64,000 bases of DNA from Octopus sinensis. Its lineage: Eukaryota. Location: contig NC_042998.1 of NCBI RefSeq assembly GCF_006345805.1, positions 104,594,001-104,658,000 on the forward strand, written 5' to 3'. Shown here in pieces: positions 1 to 13,499 of the stretch (position 1 is the stretch's first letter; each line of letters opens with the position of its first letter). The notes beneath the pieces are model-generated. The model was not told where the DNA came from and ran no database searches. It was given only the letters and a program-made list of their open reading frames with translations. The translations under genes were made by a program, and so were the position numbers.

Positions 1-80
1 CTAGACATGCTCATATATTTTTAAATACTAAACTTCTGGGAAGTTTCACAGATCTTTAAAGTTCCAGTGAGGGATTGGAT

Positions 81-136
81 GTGTATGGTATGTATGTATG
101 TATGTATGTATGTATGTATGTATGTATGTATGTATG
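81..136. repeat. (GTAT)n microsatellite; one of many (TA)n/(CA)n/(CATA)n tracts
   Basis: Direct reading. Confidence 0.95.
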
Positions 137-149
137 TGCGCGTGTGGTG

Positions 150-362
150 TTTGTGTGCGTTGTGGCTTTGTGCTTGTGGCTCTTCCTCACCACTGCTTGA
201 AAAACGGTGTCGATTTGTTTACATTTCCGTAACTTAGCGGTTCTTAGAATTACTACCAGACTTTAAAAAAAAACATAAATACTGGCGTAGGGGAGGGCGG
301 CTTGCCTGAATAAACCTTTCAAAGTGGTGCCTGTGTATGGTCACAGTTCAATGACTGTGAGA
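150..362 (+). mobile_element. Degenerate 3' half of the main tRNA-derived bipartite SINE (SINE-A)
   Basis: ccgtaacttagcggttc ... gtggtgcc ... cagttcaatgactg matches the 3' module of better copies (33180-33375, 40910-41088). Confidence 0.55.
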
Positions 363-399
363 AATAAATTAAGATGAGATTAGAGATAAGACATGTCTC

Positions 400-690
400 A
401 GGGAGAAGGTATGAAAAAACAATACCGATCATGATAAACAGCAAGAAAAGCTAATAAATCTACCAAACAATTTGCTTTTAAAATATGTGGAAGAAGGAGA
501 GGATCCCTCGTAAAGATCCTTTCAGTTTTGAGCAGAGTTTTTGGAGAAACATTGATTGATGTTCAGGCGCACAAGATAAAAGCAGAAAGACAAAAATGCA
601 GATGGGAATATTTAGAAGATACAGAAGAATGCACTGAATAAAAGTGAAACAACACTGACATTGCCCAACATTGTCTGAATTGACAGAATT
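400..690 (+). pseudogene. Very degenerate Penelope-like GIY-YIG region (tentative)
   Basis: Broken peptides KYVEEGE ... KNALNKSETTL..IAQHCLN resemble the PLE endonuclease tail (AL/IAQH); many stops. Confidence 0.3.
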
Positions 691-1064
691 TACAATTTTC
701 TGAGTGGATAAAAAAAAACTTCTAGTAGCTTAGTATATTTTGGATAGCTGTGGGCAACTAATAACAAACAGTAGTTAAAATCATAATCGGGAACATATTT
801 ATCGTCGTCGTAAACGTCGTCAACGACGTAGACGTCAACTTCATCTTCGTCGTCATCATCAAAGTTCCCACAACTACTAGCGATACGTCCGCATATGTCA
901 GTATATCTATTATTACAGCTTTTCACAAAATCGATACCTCTAAAAAGCTATATTTTGCTTTCATCACAATGGTGATATCTCGGCCAACGATATATTTTCT
1001 CATATACGCCACCGCAAACTGTTATATACACTCGCAAATGCACACAGAAAAACATACATTCATA

Positions 1065-1113
<49 letters not shown>

Positions 1114-2153
1114 ACACAAACACACACACACACACACACACATTTACATGTGTGCATGTATACAGGCATGTGTGTGTATGCCTTTATATAGGTATGAATA
1201 TGTATAAATGTGTATATACGTATATATATGTATATAATATATATATGTATATATATAATATATATATACATATATAAATATATTTACACACACACATATA
1301 TATGTACATACATATATTTATACACACACATACATATATATACATAACTAAATACACATGTATATATACAATAGACATACACACTCAGATATACAGGCAT
1401 AAATGTGCAGACACTCGCACTCACATGTATGTGTATCTGTATGAGTGAGTGTGTGTGTAATTGTGTATAATTGTGTGTACGCATGCGTGTGTATCCAGGT
1501 ACATCGACATAAATATATGCATATAGACATTACGTGAAAGTCTGTTTGCAGATATATTCACATACGTCGACTCAATCCACATTTTTTTTTATTAATCTGT
1601 CACACATTTCCTCCTTGTTTCTCTCTCACATTCATATTTTTTCTCTCTAGCACTCCCCTATACCTCTTTCCCGAATCTTACCCCTACCTCTCTGTCTTTC
1701 ACCTTCTTTTCCTACGTCTCTTCATCTCTCTGCTTCTTTTCTTTCTCTTCTGCAATCCTTTATCTTTCACAAATATACGCGCCTCAAAATATTCTACCAT
1801 GCCACCATCTCTTTTCATTGATTCATAATTTTAAAAGCCCGACAAAGCAATCATTACCCATGATCGATAGATTCTGTGAGACAGCATTCCAGCACGTCTT
1901 TCAGCTCTCCAGTAACGCTTAAACCTATAATCATCAGGAAACTCGCGATCAGAAAGAGCCTCGATCTAAAATGTAATCTTATAGTAAAAATGCGTGCTTG
2001 TATGTATGTATGTATGTATGTATGTATTATGTATGTATGTATTTATGTATGTATGTACGTATGTATGTATGACTTTATGTATACATATACGTATGCGTAG
2101 ACATATATATGTATATATTTATACCTATATGTATTTATATCCATATATATATA

Positions 2154-2209
<56 letters not shown>

Positions 2210-2210
2210 T

Positions 2211-2246
<36 letters not shown>

Positions 2247-2377
2247 AACATACTCACGCAGACACGCAGCCTCACCATTTGTACGTATATATTGTGTGTG
2301 CTTGTGTGCCAGTATTTAGATCTTTGTATATGCGTATATGTATCTGTGAATAGATATGCACATTCCAAAATACATAC

Positions 2378-2409
<32 letters not shown>

Positions 2410-2884
2410 TATATACACACAGGTGTAGGTATCCATGTATGTTGGAATACATGCATGAAAACATTAGTGTTTCTGTATACACATACATACACACGAATCT
2501 ACATGTTTGATGTGTGCGTGTGTGTGTGTGTTTGTGTATGTGTGTGTGTGTGTATATGTGCGCGCGCGCATGCATATATATTTGTTGGATAAATTTGATA
2601 ACGAGGAAGGATCTAGGTCAGTGCTAGTGAAATAACGTTATATATATATACACATGAATATATATATCATCCACAAACATATACACAAATATATATATAC
2701 TTCTACTGTATACATAGATACTCACATATGTATACACGGATGCAAAAGTATGTATGTGTGTGTATGCATATATGTATGTACTGATGAACATATGTGTATA
2801 TATTTATATATATATAAATGTGTATATGTATGTATAAATATGTGTGTGTGTGTATATATATTCTTTTTTACTTTTTGATTCGTT

Positions 2885-3091
2885 TATTTGTTTCAGTCAT
2901 GTGACTGTGGCCATACTTAAGCACCGCCTTTAGTCGAGCAAATCAATCCCAGGACTTTTTCTTTGTAAGCCTCACACAAGGCATTGGTCGGCCCGAGCTG
3001 TAGTAGAAGACACTTGCCCAAGGTGCCACACAGTGGAACTGAACCCGGAACCATGTGGTTGGTAAGCAAGCTACTTACCACACAGCCACTC
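2885..3091 (-). mobile_element. SINE-A copy with internal deletion (head fused to tail)
   Basis: Minus strand reads A-box-like gtggctgtgtgg, B-box-like ggttcagttcc, central gcaccttgggcaagtgtcttc, then jumps to the tail ggcttacaaag...ggcggtgct...cagtcacatgactg. Confidence 0.85.
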
Positions 3092-4946
3092 ACATATATA
3101 TATTCGTACATATGCATATATACGTACGTAGATGCAAACACACACACGCGCATACACAGACACAGACAGACAGACACGCACACACTCATATATGCACATA
3201 TATTCTTTTGTAGTCTTTCGTAAGAAAGAAACAAATGTTTGGTATGCAGAGTAAAGTAATCAATACTTCAAAAGTAGGGTATGTATCTATTATTCTATTG
3301 ATGAATAAAACTTACTCATGCCGTTATTTGGTAAACATGGTTATCTGATGAATAGCTGTGGCTTCAGTCAACGAAATTGTATATATACTCACGCAGACAC
3401 ACATACATACACACACAAATATTATTTGGGAAGTCACATTTTATCGATTTTTTTATATTTTAAAATATTTCATTATTTTGCTCTTTATATTGAGTTTTAT
3501 TTTTTCTGGCGTTCGTACTTATATATGAGCATACGCTGAATAGGTAAATATGTACACATGTGTAAGAATGCATGTATGTTATTTTTATATACGAAAAACC
3601 ATGTGAACTTCCAGACCCAATATTACGACAGACTAATTTGATTTAATTTACTTGAATTTATATTCCCTGTTGTTCCTTCATGATTAGGTCATCTTAAACT
3701 TATTGAAACCGGTAAAAAATATAAATATTAAAAATATAAATATTATCTTTCTGTTTTCCACACCTTGTATACAGCTTTTCTGGTATACAAGCTCTTTCTT
3801 CAAATACCTTAATGTAAACGCTTGCTGATCATCTGAGGTCCCAACCGACAACTTGTACTAAACGCTATTCATTTCTGAAATTTATTTACAACTGATCTTA
3901 TCTTCCGCACTAGAGGTTGTTTTATGTACTATCTTTTTGTTATTCAGTTACTTTACGCAGTTTATTTTTGCCTTATATCTCATGTTATCAAGCATTGTGT
4001 GAAGAGGTCAACTATATAGATATTTCATATTTTTGCATAATATTTTCCTCTCGACTCTTAATAGATTTCATTCTTCCTATATTATGTATCAGACTAAGAG
4101 AGCGAGCTGACAGAACCGTTAGCACGTCGGACAAAATGTTCCGTAGAAATTATGAGCAAAGAATACGGTAGTCTTGTTTTATGCCTCACTTAACTGAATG
4201 TTATTGACGTTGGATATTAGTAGCAACATAGAAAAGTTGTAAAACAAGAATTTAAGTTTGTGTTTTCATAAATATAATACTGCCTTTGAGGCAACGATTC
4301 AATTCTTGCACAAATTCTAAAGCAATAGGGTTTATTCAATATTAATTTATCTGATCCACGAATATTTGGTTTCAGAAATTGAAGTAAAATAGAAAGGATG
4401 AAACTCAAATTCAAATACAAATTTAATTTTTAAAATACAAAGATATAGAACTGAAATAAGGTAAATTTTAGTTCTAAATTTCTGGGACTTGTATTTATGT
4501 ATTGCTCTTTAACAAAAGATCTTGTGGAAAAAGACCTGATTTGTGCTTTAGAGTCTGGGAGATTTATCTTCTCTGGAAATATGGTGAATTAATAAGGAGA
4601 ATATTGAAATATTTGTATTCACAAATACTTGTATGGTTAAATATTGCGCGTGTCTCTGAGTGTTATGACAGCAGAATCGGTAGCTTCATATTGAGAATGC
4701 ATGATATGTTTTACAGTCTTTCGTTGATATTGATTAACTGAACGCACAAGATGTGGAATCGATTGATTTATTACTTTTAAAAGACTCTTGGATTGTTTGC
4801 TTTATCACGATATGTTACATTCTTTCATCCTTTTATTCTTTTAGTCATTTGATTGCGACCATGCTAGAGCACCACCTTTATATATATATATATATATACA
4901 CATATATATATAGATATTTATATACATGTATTATATATATATATAT

Positions 4947-4979
<33 letters not shown>

Positions 4980-5039
4980 ATACATGTATATAAACATACA
5001 CACACACACACACACACCATATATATATGTTTCAAAATG

Positions 5040-5240
5040 CAACCACATGTGGATCGTTGGCTATTTTTCCCTTTGTCTTCCTTTTCTCTTAGACTTTCCT
5101 CCATCACCTGCTTTTGACGAAGAGCTTTACTCAAAACGTAAAAACCACCTTTCTTATCTTCCCTGAGCGTCTGCTAATACTTTGCATGTACTACGTTGTT
5201 GTTTTTTTCTTGTTGTGTTTGTTCTTCGTTTTGGGGTGAT
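5040..5240 (+). mobile_element. Solo PLE terminal repeat fragment with decayed minimal hammerhead (5111-5146)
   Basis: ttgacga-a-gagctttactc-aaaa-cgta-aaaac, followed by ctgagcgtctgctaata...gttgttg, is homologous to 26051-26180 and 44386-44490. Confidence 0.5.
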
Positions 5241-5253
5241 TTATTATATATAT

Positions 5254-5304
<51 letters not shown>

Positions 5305-5306
<2 letters not shown>

Positions 5307-5424
5307 TGGCCTGCTCGCTTAACCAGCGGGGTGGCGTCATTCAAAGGCTAAAACAATGCGAATGCATTGTGACCAGCGATGTGTAACAACATCTGATGGT
5401 CTGGTTGGTCACGTGATCACGTGA
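5305..5424 (+). repeat. ~115-bp interspersed element embedded in (TA)n; second copy 23191-23310; diverged relative ~11185-11290 (-)
   Basis: ggcctgctcgctta..cagcggggtggcgtc...catctg...ggtcacg(g)tgatcacg(g)tga in both copies, both flanked by AT-rich microsatellite. Confidence 0.85.
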
Positions 5425-5499
5425 TATATATATATATGCATATTTAAAAAAATCTGTTAAGAAAGAATTCTTGATTCAGTTTCTACATCCAAAGAAAGA

Positions 5500-6700
5500 T
5501 TTTCTGAAATTTTAAATTAAAAATTACATAATGAATCTGAAAAGAGTGAATAACACAGATATTTTGGAAGAACATTTTTGTATTGTGCAAGCACTTTCGC
5601 TATTTGAAGCTTTTCAAGCATATATGTTTTGGAGTCCTCTCTATTGAGGAAATTTTAACTGGGTGTGTTGACTATCTCCGGTTTAGTTGATGATTTGAAA
5701 TTCGTATAATATATCCTTTTGTCTTTCGTAGTAGATAATAATTTTCTCCGTTTGTTTTGAAAAAGGAACTATTTTGAATTTTTCATTCGCATAATTGTCT
5801 CGACGTTCACTAAACGGAATTTTTCTAAGTGAAGAATCATCGATTTCTCACTTATGTACTCTAACCCGATATTTTAATTCTGATTTCGTTTGGCTGATAT
5901 AATTTTAATCGAATTGACAGCATGTGCTGTAGTAAATGAGATTCCTTCTGCAATTCATATTCGCAATTCATATTCGCATTAACCTTCAATTCATTCATTT
6001 CTTGGCATTTAGAAAATTTTAGCTTTACCCTGTGAAATTACTTAGATTACAACATACTTCTTAAATAAGAGTGCTACAAACATTAGTAGAGCTACTTCTA
6101 GGTTCATGGTTTGTCATGCCTGCAACATTTCAGTGCCTTTTGTATGTTGGAGGTATTTCTCTCGATGAGTTTGTTGAGAATTGGTGCTTTGGCAAAGATG
6201 ATCAGTACTGCATTACACGGTATATTGTATCTCAAATGCAGATGTACATTAGCTAATATATTCCATCTCAAGTTGTATATGATGTCCTGTGTTTTGCAGT
6301 CTAAATGTAATTTAATAACACCGTGTTTTGACATCTAAGAGAGTTTCGAAATATTTTGTTTGGTTGGTAATAGTGATATATAAGTCATAGGTTAGGCTAT
6401 AAACAATTTGGTATATGTCTTTCAGCAGAGAAAAATTGTAAACTTTATTTTTGAAAGCAAACTAGACTTAAGGAATTTTGTATCCGGAGTGTGGGTGTTG
6501 TTGTTGTTAGTGTGTTCGTTAATTCAGTTTAGGAAGTTTGTGAAAGCATGGGATTCAGCGCGGTTAACTGCGGCAGAGTATGAGCTACTTGTATTTCACG
6601 AAAAGTTCTGCTGGAACCTATGTTGTGTTACGGAGTATTTTCTCATTTCCATAAAGAATTTTGCTATTAGCAGTTGCAGTGAAGTTATATAATACGTGTC
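5500..6700 (-). pseudogene. Highly decayed Penelope-like element (RT start to GIY-YIG)
   Basis: Minus-strand fragments FHKLPKLN (cf. PLE FYGLPKIH), IGLEYISEK and REDSKTYMLEKLQI; many frameshifts. Confidence 0.35.
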
Positions 6701-7034
6701 TGTACATATATACTGACCCCCTACGTATACAAATATAATTATATACAACTGTAAATTGATACATATGAACTATGAAACTATATTTGCTGGCAGTGTCATT
6801 TCAGCTGTTAAATTTTGTAAATATATTTCTTTCTTTTGAGAATCTATAGAATTGAAAAGCCATGTGTGACCAACGGTCATTCTTTCTTTCTCCCACTTCC
6901 TTCTTAAAGACAACACGTACTTTTATCTGTCTCTTCTCAAAGCTCGTTTTTCCAGCGTTCAGCATTTCACATCATCTTAGCTTAACAGCCCTCACCGTTT
7001 GTTCTTACTGTTTTGTTCTCATTTTGTTACCACT

Positions 7035-7186
<152 letters not shown>

Positions 7187-7273
7187 ACCATCCATTACTG
7201 TCTATTATCTCTGTGTATCTGTGTTGTCTGTCTCTCTATCTCTCTGTATGTCTCTCTATATATCTATATACTG

Positions 7274-7305
<32 letters not shown>

Positions 7306-7427
7306 AGTATATATATATATATATAATATATATATATATAATATTAGGGAGCATACTCCAAACTTACAGGGAAAAATTCAATTTAGTATTAAATCAAATT
7401 TCACAGTATAAATATATGAAATATAAA

Positions 7428-7484
<57 letters not shown>

Positions 7485-7627
7485 AATAATTATAATAAAA
7501 TAAACTTCTGAGTTTGGTTTAATAATGGCCTACCAATATACACTATGAGTTTCTTTGCCCTAGGAGTCGGGAAGACACTCGGCAAGAAATGGAAGAAAAT
7601 TTGAAAGAAGAAAAAAAAAGAATAATA

Positions 7628-7702
<75 letters not shown>

Positions 7703-7718
7703 AAGAAGAAGAAGAAGA

Positions 7719-8390
7719 AAATTTGGTTAATTGTTCCTTATGGGGCTCAAGTTAAAACTAACATTATTAAAGGGATTTTAAATATTATTGAACAATTCAT
7801 TCATGACAATCGTAAATATAAAAAAATTTCTCTAGTAATAATTTTGGAGTTGGTTATTCTACCACTAATAATTTCTTCTTTTAACAAATTTAAGCTGAAT
7901 AATTTTTATAAAACGAAATTTTATAATCATACCAATAATAAAGATAAGACACTCATAGATTGTACATGTAGAGATAAAACTAAGTGCAAATTTAATAATA
8001 AACGTGATTTAAATGATGTTGTATATAAATGTATAGTTACATTAATTAATGAGAATAATAGGAATAATAATAACATTTATATAGGCTCCACTTCCTCTAA
8101 AATAAAATTCAGAACCGCACAGCATATTCATTCATTTAAAAATAAAGATCTTATGAACTCTACAGGGCTTAGCAAATACATATGGGGACTAAAATCCCAA
8201 AGAATTAAGTAAAATTTAAAGTGGGAGGTAATTTGTAAGGCCAAATCATATAATATAGGTAGTAATTATTATTTACGTTCTAGTGAGTTTAATGGAATAT
8301 TATTTAATAATCATAGTAAATTAGTGAATACATTGAACGAGCGTAAAATTAAAAGTAGACACAAATTACTTTACTTATATAATAATTTTT
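7719..8390 (+). pseudogene. Penelope-like element C-terminus: Cys-rich linker + GIY-YIG endonuclease (5'-truncated, stop at 8210)
   Basis: CTCRDKTKC..N..VVYKC..IYIGST..KFR..H..SFKN..STGLSKYIWGLK, then *NLKWEVI..LNER..SRH; begins after an (AAT)n(AAG)n tract. Confidence 0.8.
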
Positions 8391-10525
8391 TAGATAAATA
8401 GCGGTTATATTTAAACCCTATTTTGTTCCTAATTTGTAGTTATATTTGTACTAGTATTAATTCTAAAATTTAGTATGTGATTTATAATGTATATTAAATA
8501 ATTTAATAAGTCTAATTTAATATTATTAAATAAATAATTAAATAATTAAATAAAATTAATAAATATATTAATTAATTATAGTAGTGTTGTGTTTGCAATT
8601 CTGTACGTGGTTTGAGTATTAGTCAATAAGAGTTAGTAAAGGTTCTTTAAATACTTATAATTTGATTATATTTAGATGTTTATTTTATTACTAAATATAT
8701 AATGTATTTAATGAATATAGATTAACAGATAGGTGTTTTGTGGTTGATATTGTTATTGTTGTTATTGTTATTATTGTTATTACGATTATTATATGTCTAC
8801 TAAAATTAATAGTATTAAGTATATACAGTTTTAGTAACGCTAAATTAATAATTTCGAATGTGTAGGATAATAATATTTTTCTTTATGTAAACGAAGTATT
8901 TGATCTAAATATAAATTAGTTTACCTATATAATAAGTTTAATTTATTATTATTTAGCATTAATATGATATATAATATATATTTATTTTATACTACAGTTA
9001 AGTTTATAGTTTGTAATAATTTTTTAAATTAATCAACATGTATTTATTATATATTTCGAATTAGATTTATTTAGATGTTTATTTAATTAATTAATATCAT
9101 ATTAATGAATTTTATTACATTATAGTTTTAAATTAATTTAGTTTATTAATTAGTGGTCATGATTTAGATAATGTTTGAATTACTACTGAGTTAATTTGGA
9201 ATGTGTCTAAAAGTTATTTTATTTAAATAAAGATTTGACTCCAACGTAACCTTCTTATATATAAAATTAATTAATTTTTAGAGTATATACAGTAAATGGT
9301 AGTTATATAAATTATTTATTTTATAGAGTTTTGTGTATAATTTATTGTAGTTAATTATAAATTTTTGGTTTATAGTGAAAGATAGTATAGTATATAGTGT
9401 TTATATTCTCTATTAGTGACTTTGTTCTCTTTATCTATCAAAGCTAAAATATAGCCGTATTTTCCATTGATAATATTTATTAGTAATTTTCATTGATAAA
9501 ATATATTCGTAGTTTTCATTGTTAAAAGAATTTTTCCATCTGCTTATTCTATTTCTGTTAATAACGTAATTCCACGTGTATTCTTATTAACGCTTAAAAG
9601 ACGTTTTAAGATTTTAGTTAATGGTACGGTTTTTGAAAGCTAAGTAAACCATTTCTATTTAAGATATTTTAAGAAGTTTTATTGTATTGTATTGTTTACT
9701 ATATAACTACTGATTGTTAATTTGAATCTATAATTATTTAGTTGTTGATGATATGTATTTAATTATTAGATTATAACTGTACGTAATTTGTAAGATATTA
9801 CTTAGTCACTGAGGTATATAGATCGTAAAATAGTTATACGGTTCTTTTAAGGTAGTTTATACGTTTTTAATTTGATTTTTAATCTTTAATTTTTAAATGT
9901 ATTTCATAAATATATTATATTGATATTTATAATATTTATGTAAGTAATAATGGACTAATTAATTAATTTATTTTTCATTATATGTCTATATATTTATTGA
10001 TAGAGTAAATTTTAGATTTTAATTACTATATTTGTTGATTATAATTTAGATACTTATTTTAAAATACTTTATAATTATTAGATGTGAACTTAAATCTAAA
10101 AATATGAATAGTGATTATTTTGCTAAATAATTGGTAATTAAATATTGGACGATAATTGAGTTAAGGATATTCGAGAGTTTATTATGTTTTTTTAAAGCCA
10201 TATTATATCTTTATAGATAAATACATATTTTCATCTATTTTTTTTATCTTAAAAATAAATATTTAACATAATAAATAGGTTGTAGGAAATAATCCTAACG
10301 TTTTAAGTTTCTAATTTAGATAATGGAGTTTTTTCTATAAGAAAAATTATTATTTTCATTTATTTCTTAAATAAACATTGTTTAACTCTATTTGCTTATT
10401 TATTTAACTATTATAATTAACCTGAAGATTGACATTAATTTTAATTCGAATTTATTTCAATTGAATTTAAACTTAATTGTAATTCGAATTTACTTATATC
10501 CATGAAACTTACGTAGTGTTTTTAC
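8391..10525 (+). mobile_element. ~2.1-kb extremely AT-rich 3' extension of that PLE, ending in a hammerhead-like motif
   Basis: Contiguous with the ORF; 9404-10520 has an inverted homolog at 57695-58691. Confidence 0.55.
10415..10522 (+). ncRNA. Degenerate type I hammerhead with long AT-rich stem II
   Basis: CTGAAGA (10422-10428) ... aattcgaatt x2 ... GAAA-CTTACGTA; stem I poorly paired. Confidence 0.4.
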
Positions 10526-10648
10526 TTATTATGTAATATTTATCATTCATTTTATACTTTTGAAATATATATATATAATATATAGATATATATATATATA
10601 TATAAATTACATATTATTTATTATTTATGTATGGTTATGTCTATCATT

Positions 10649-10701
<53 letters not shown>

Positions 10702-11119
10702 GTATATATGTGTAAAATTAAATTACGAATTAAACGTAACTCTAATAATGTAAATATTGTCAGTCGCACATAATGTATAAACAAAACATATGCACTAAGT
10801 ATATGCGATTGATGATGTTTACATTGCTTTTAATTTGCAATTTAATTTTCTTTCACATGTGCTACGCCGCAGCACATCAGCAAATATACTTCACTCTATA
10901 TAAGTAACACACCAGCGATTCACTTCGTTTCGAGATGATCTGAGTAAGTGGTATTTGTAAGCCACAATAATAGCATAATATCCGCACCAACGATTGTCAG
11001 TGATTCCGCGGTGAATAGTTTCGTCTAATCTAACATTCATGCGTTGTTTAACTTTCGGGATCGAGCACGGAGCTTTCTCTGAACGCGGTGCAAGTTTGGC
11101 GTATAAGCAAAACACTATC

Positions 11120-11151
<32 letters not shown>

Positions 11152-11299
11152 CATATATATATACATACATACATACATACATATCACATGAACCACCATA
11201 TCATCAGACGCTGTTACGCATCACAGCTCACAATGCACTTTGCCTTCGAATGACGCCACACTCCTGGTTTGGCGAACGGGTTAACATTCCTCCTTCATC

Positions 11300-11420
11300 G
11301 AATGGGGCATGAGAGCAACGTGAAATAATGTTTTTTGCTCCAGAACATAACGCACCACCTGGTCTTCGAACCAAGAACTAGCGATAGTGAGTGTAACAAC
11401 CTAACCTCTAGGCCACGCAC
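11300..11420 (-). mobile_element. Degenerate CORE-like tRNA SINE
   Basis: gcgtggcctagaggttag...ggttcgaagacc...gagcaaaaaacattatttcacgttgctc resembles 32781-32925. Confidence 0.55.
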
Positions 11421-11441
11421 TTTCACGATATACATACATAC

Positions 11442-11502
<61 letters not shown>

Positions 11503-11546
11503 GTATGTATATGTATGTATTATGTATATATGTATGTAGTTATGTA

Positions 11547-11577
<31 letters not shown>

Positions 11578-11597
11578 TATGTATGTATATATTATAT

Positions 11598-11629
<32 letters not shown>

Positions 11630-11720
11630 ATAAATATTATAATAAATAATAATAACAATATAACTGGCTACCAAGCATTAAAGCCAAAAGGGCAATTTAT
11701 AAAATTATAATTAATTATTA

Positions 11721-12034
11721 ATTATAATGGAGGGGGTACACGAAGCACCTGCGTTGCTAGAAATAAGAGTAAAAAAAATACTCAAATAAGCCACTATTTC
11801 ACTGAAAATGCAACAGGTTGACGAAAATCGAGGAACAAGCGAAAATTTAACTTACCATTACGGCTGAAACTCACAATTCATTTGTAACTTTCAGCCGCAA
11901 TGGTGTGTTAAATTGTTGCTCGTCTCTCGATTTTCGTCAACCTGTTGTATTTTCAGTGAAATAGTGGCTTATTTGAATAATTTTCGACTCTTATTCCTAC
12001 TAACGCTGGTACATCGTGTACTTTCCATTATAAT
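11721..12034. mobile_element. Foldback/MITE-like palindrome with ~155-bp arms
   Basis: Left arm attataatgg...ggctgaaactcacaa is the reverse complement of ttgtaactttcagcc...ccattataat; loop ttcat. Confidence 0.9.
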
Positions 12035-12217
12035 TTATAAATAACATCTGTGTTTTTTTTTGTGTGTGTGTATGTGTCTGTGTGTTTGTGTGTGTATACT
12101 CACAGGGACACAAGAGAGAGAGAGAGAGAGAGAGGAGAGAGAATAGATAGATGCATTCACATTAGAATATATAATGCATATCAATAAACACCTATTCATA
12201 TGCTCCAATCTCAATCA

Positions 12218-12292
<75 letters not shown>

Positions 12293-12362
12293 TTATCTAT
12301 CTATCTATCTAACTATCTCTCACCCTCTCTCTCTGTCTGAATCTCTCTCTCTCTCTCTCTCA

Positions 12363-12408
<46 letters not shown>

Positions 12409-12442
12409 TCATACATACATACAAATAATATAGCCTTATATG

Positions 12443-12479
<37 letters not shown>

Positions 12480-13096
12480 ATATATGCATGTCTGTGTGTG
12501 TCTGTGTGTGTCTGTGTGCGTAAGTATATTTATTCTTATATGACCACACAAGAATATACTTATGTAAAGCGACACACACACACATAACCATAATATGACC
12601 ATAATACATAAATATATACTCATACAAACATGCACACATACAGACACAAACATACGCACACACATATACACTGATGTACTTATTCTTGCTTACGAACATC
12701 ACGTATGACGATAAATCGATAGGAAAACAGTTGAAGAGTCTGAGGTCCGTCAGTATAAGGTATAATTTTCCATTCAACACCCACCGGCCATTTTTCTAGT
12801 GAATTGTTTGGACGGTAAGGGAAGGTTGGACAATGTTCATAGTTTTTTTAATTTTGTTTTTTGCTTCTGTGTTGTAGATATATATTTATTCATCTGCATC
12901 TCAGATTTTGTTTTTATTTGATTGCTTTTCCTCTGTTTCTTTTTTTTTTTATGCTATTCAACTTACACGTACGCACAATCTCAGCAATAGATGTTTCGAT
13001 GTACATTTTTTAGAATTTATTTATATATTTATATTTGTACATTTATATGCATTTATATAGGCAATTGTGTTTATACATGCTTGTATTTATGCATGC

Positions 13097-13248
<152 letters not shown>

Positions 13249-13265
13249 GTCTGTCTGTGTGTCTG

Positions 13266-13327
<62 letters not shown>

Positions 13328-13369
13328 AATCTAAATATATATGCATATACATAGATTCATGCATACGTT

Positions 13370-13405
<36 letters not shown>

Positions 13406-13499
13406 AAAAGGTTAAGAAGTTTCAGATAAATAATTTTATAGTAAAAGACAAAACAAAACAAAAAGGCAATGCATTGAGAATTTAACATAGATAAAAGAA

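Noticed and set aside
690-926. Asp-rich 78-aa ORF
   Set aside because: Degenerate (GAC/GAT)n low-complexity tract; no domain or splice support.
4670-4770. Weak similarity to 54235-54325
   Set aside because: Only scattered short words with inconsistent spacing.
7589-7718. Met start and poly-N/poly-K leader on the PLE ORF
   Set aside because: Trinucleotide tracts fused by chance to a 5'-truncated element.
8400-10400. NUMT, endosymbiont or viral insertion suggested by extreme AT content
   Set aside because: No mitochondrial, bacterial or viral protein or rRNA motifs recognised; better explained as PLE-linked cargo.
10873-10943. Good-looking AG ... GTAAGT exon boundaries
   Set aside because: Stops in all three frames; could only be non-coding and is unsupported.
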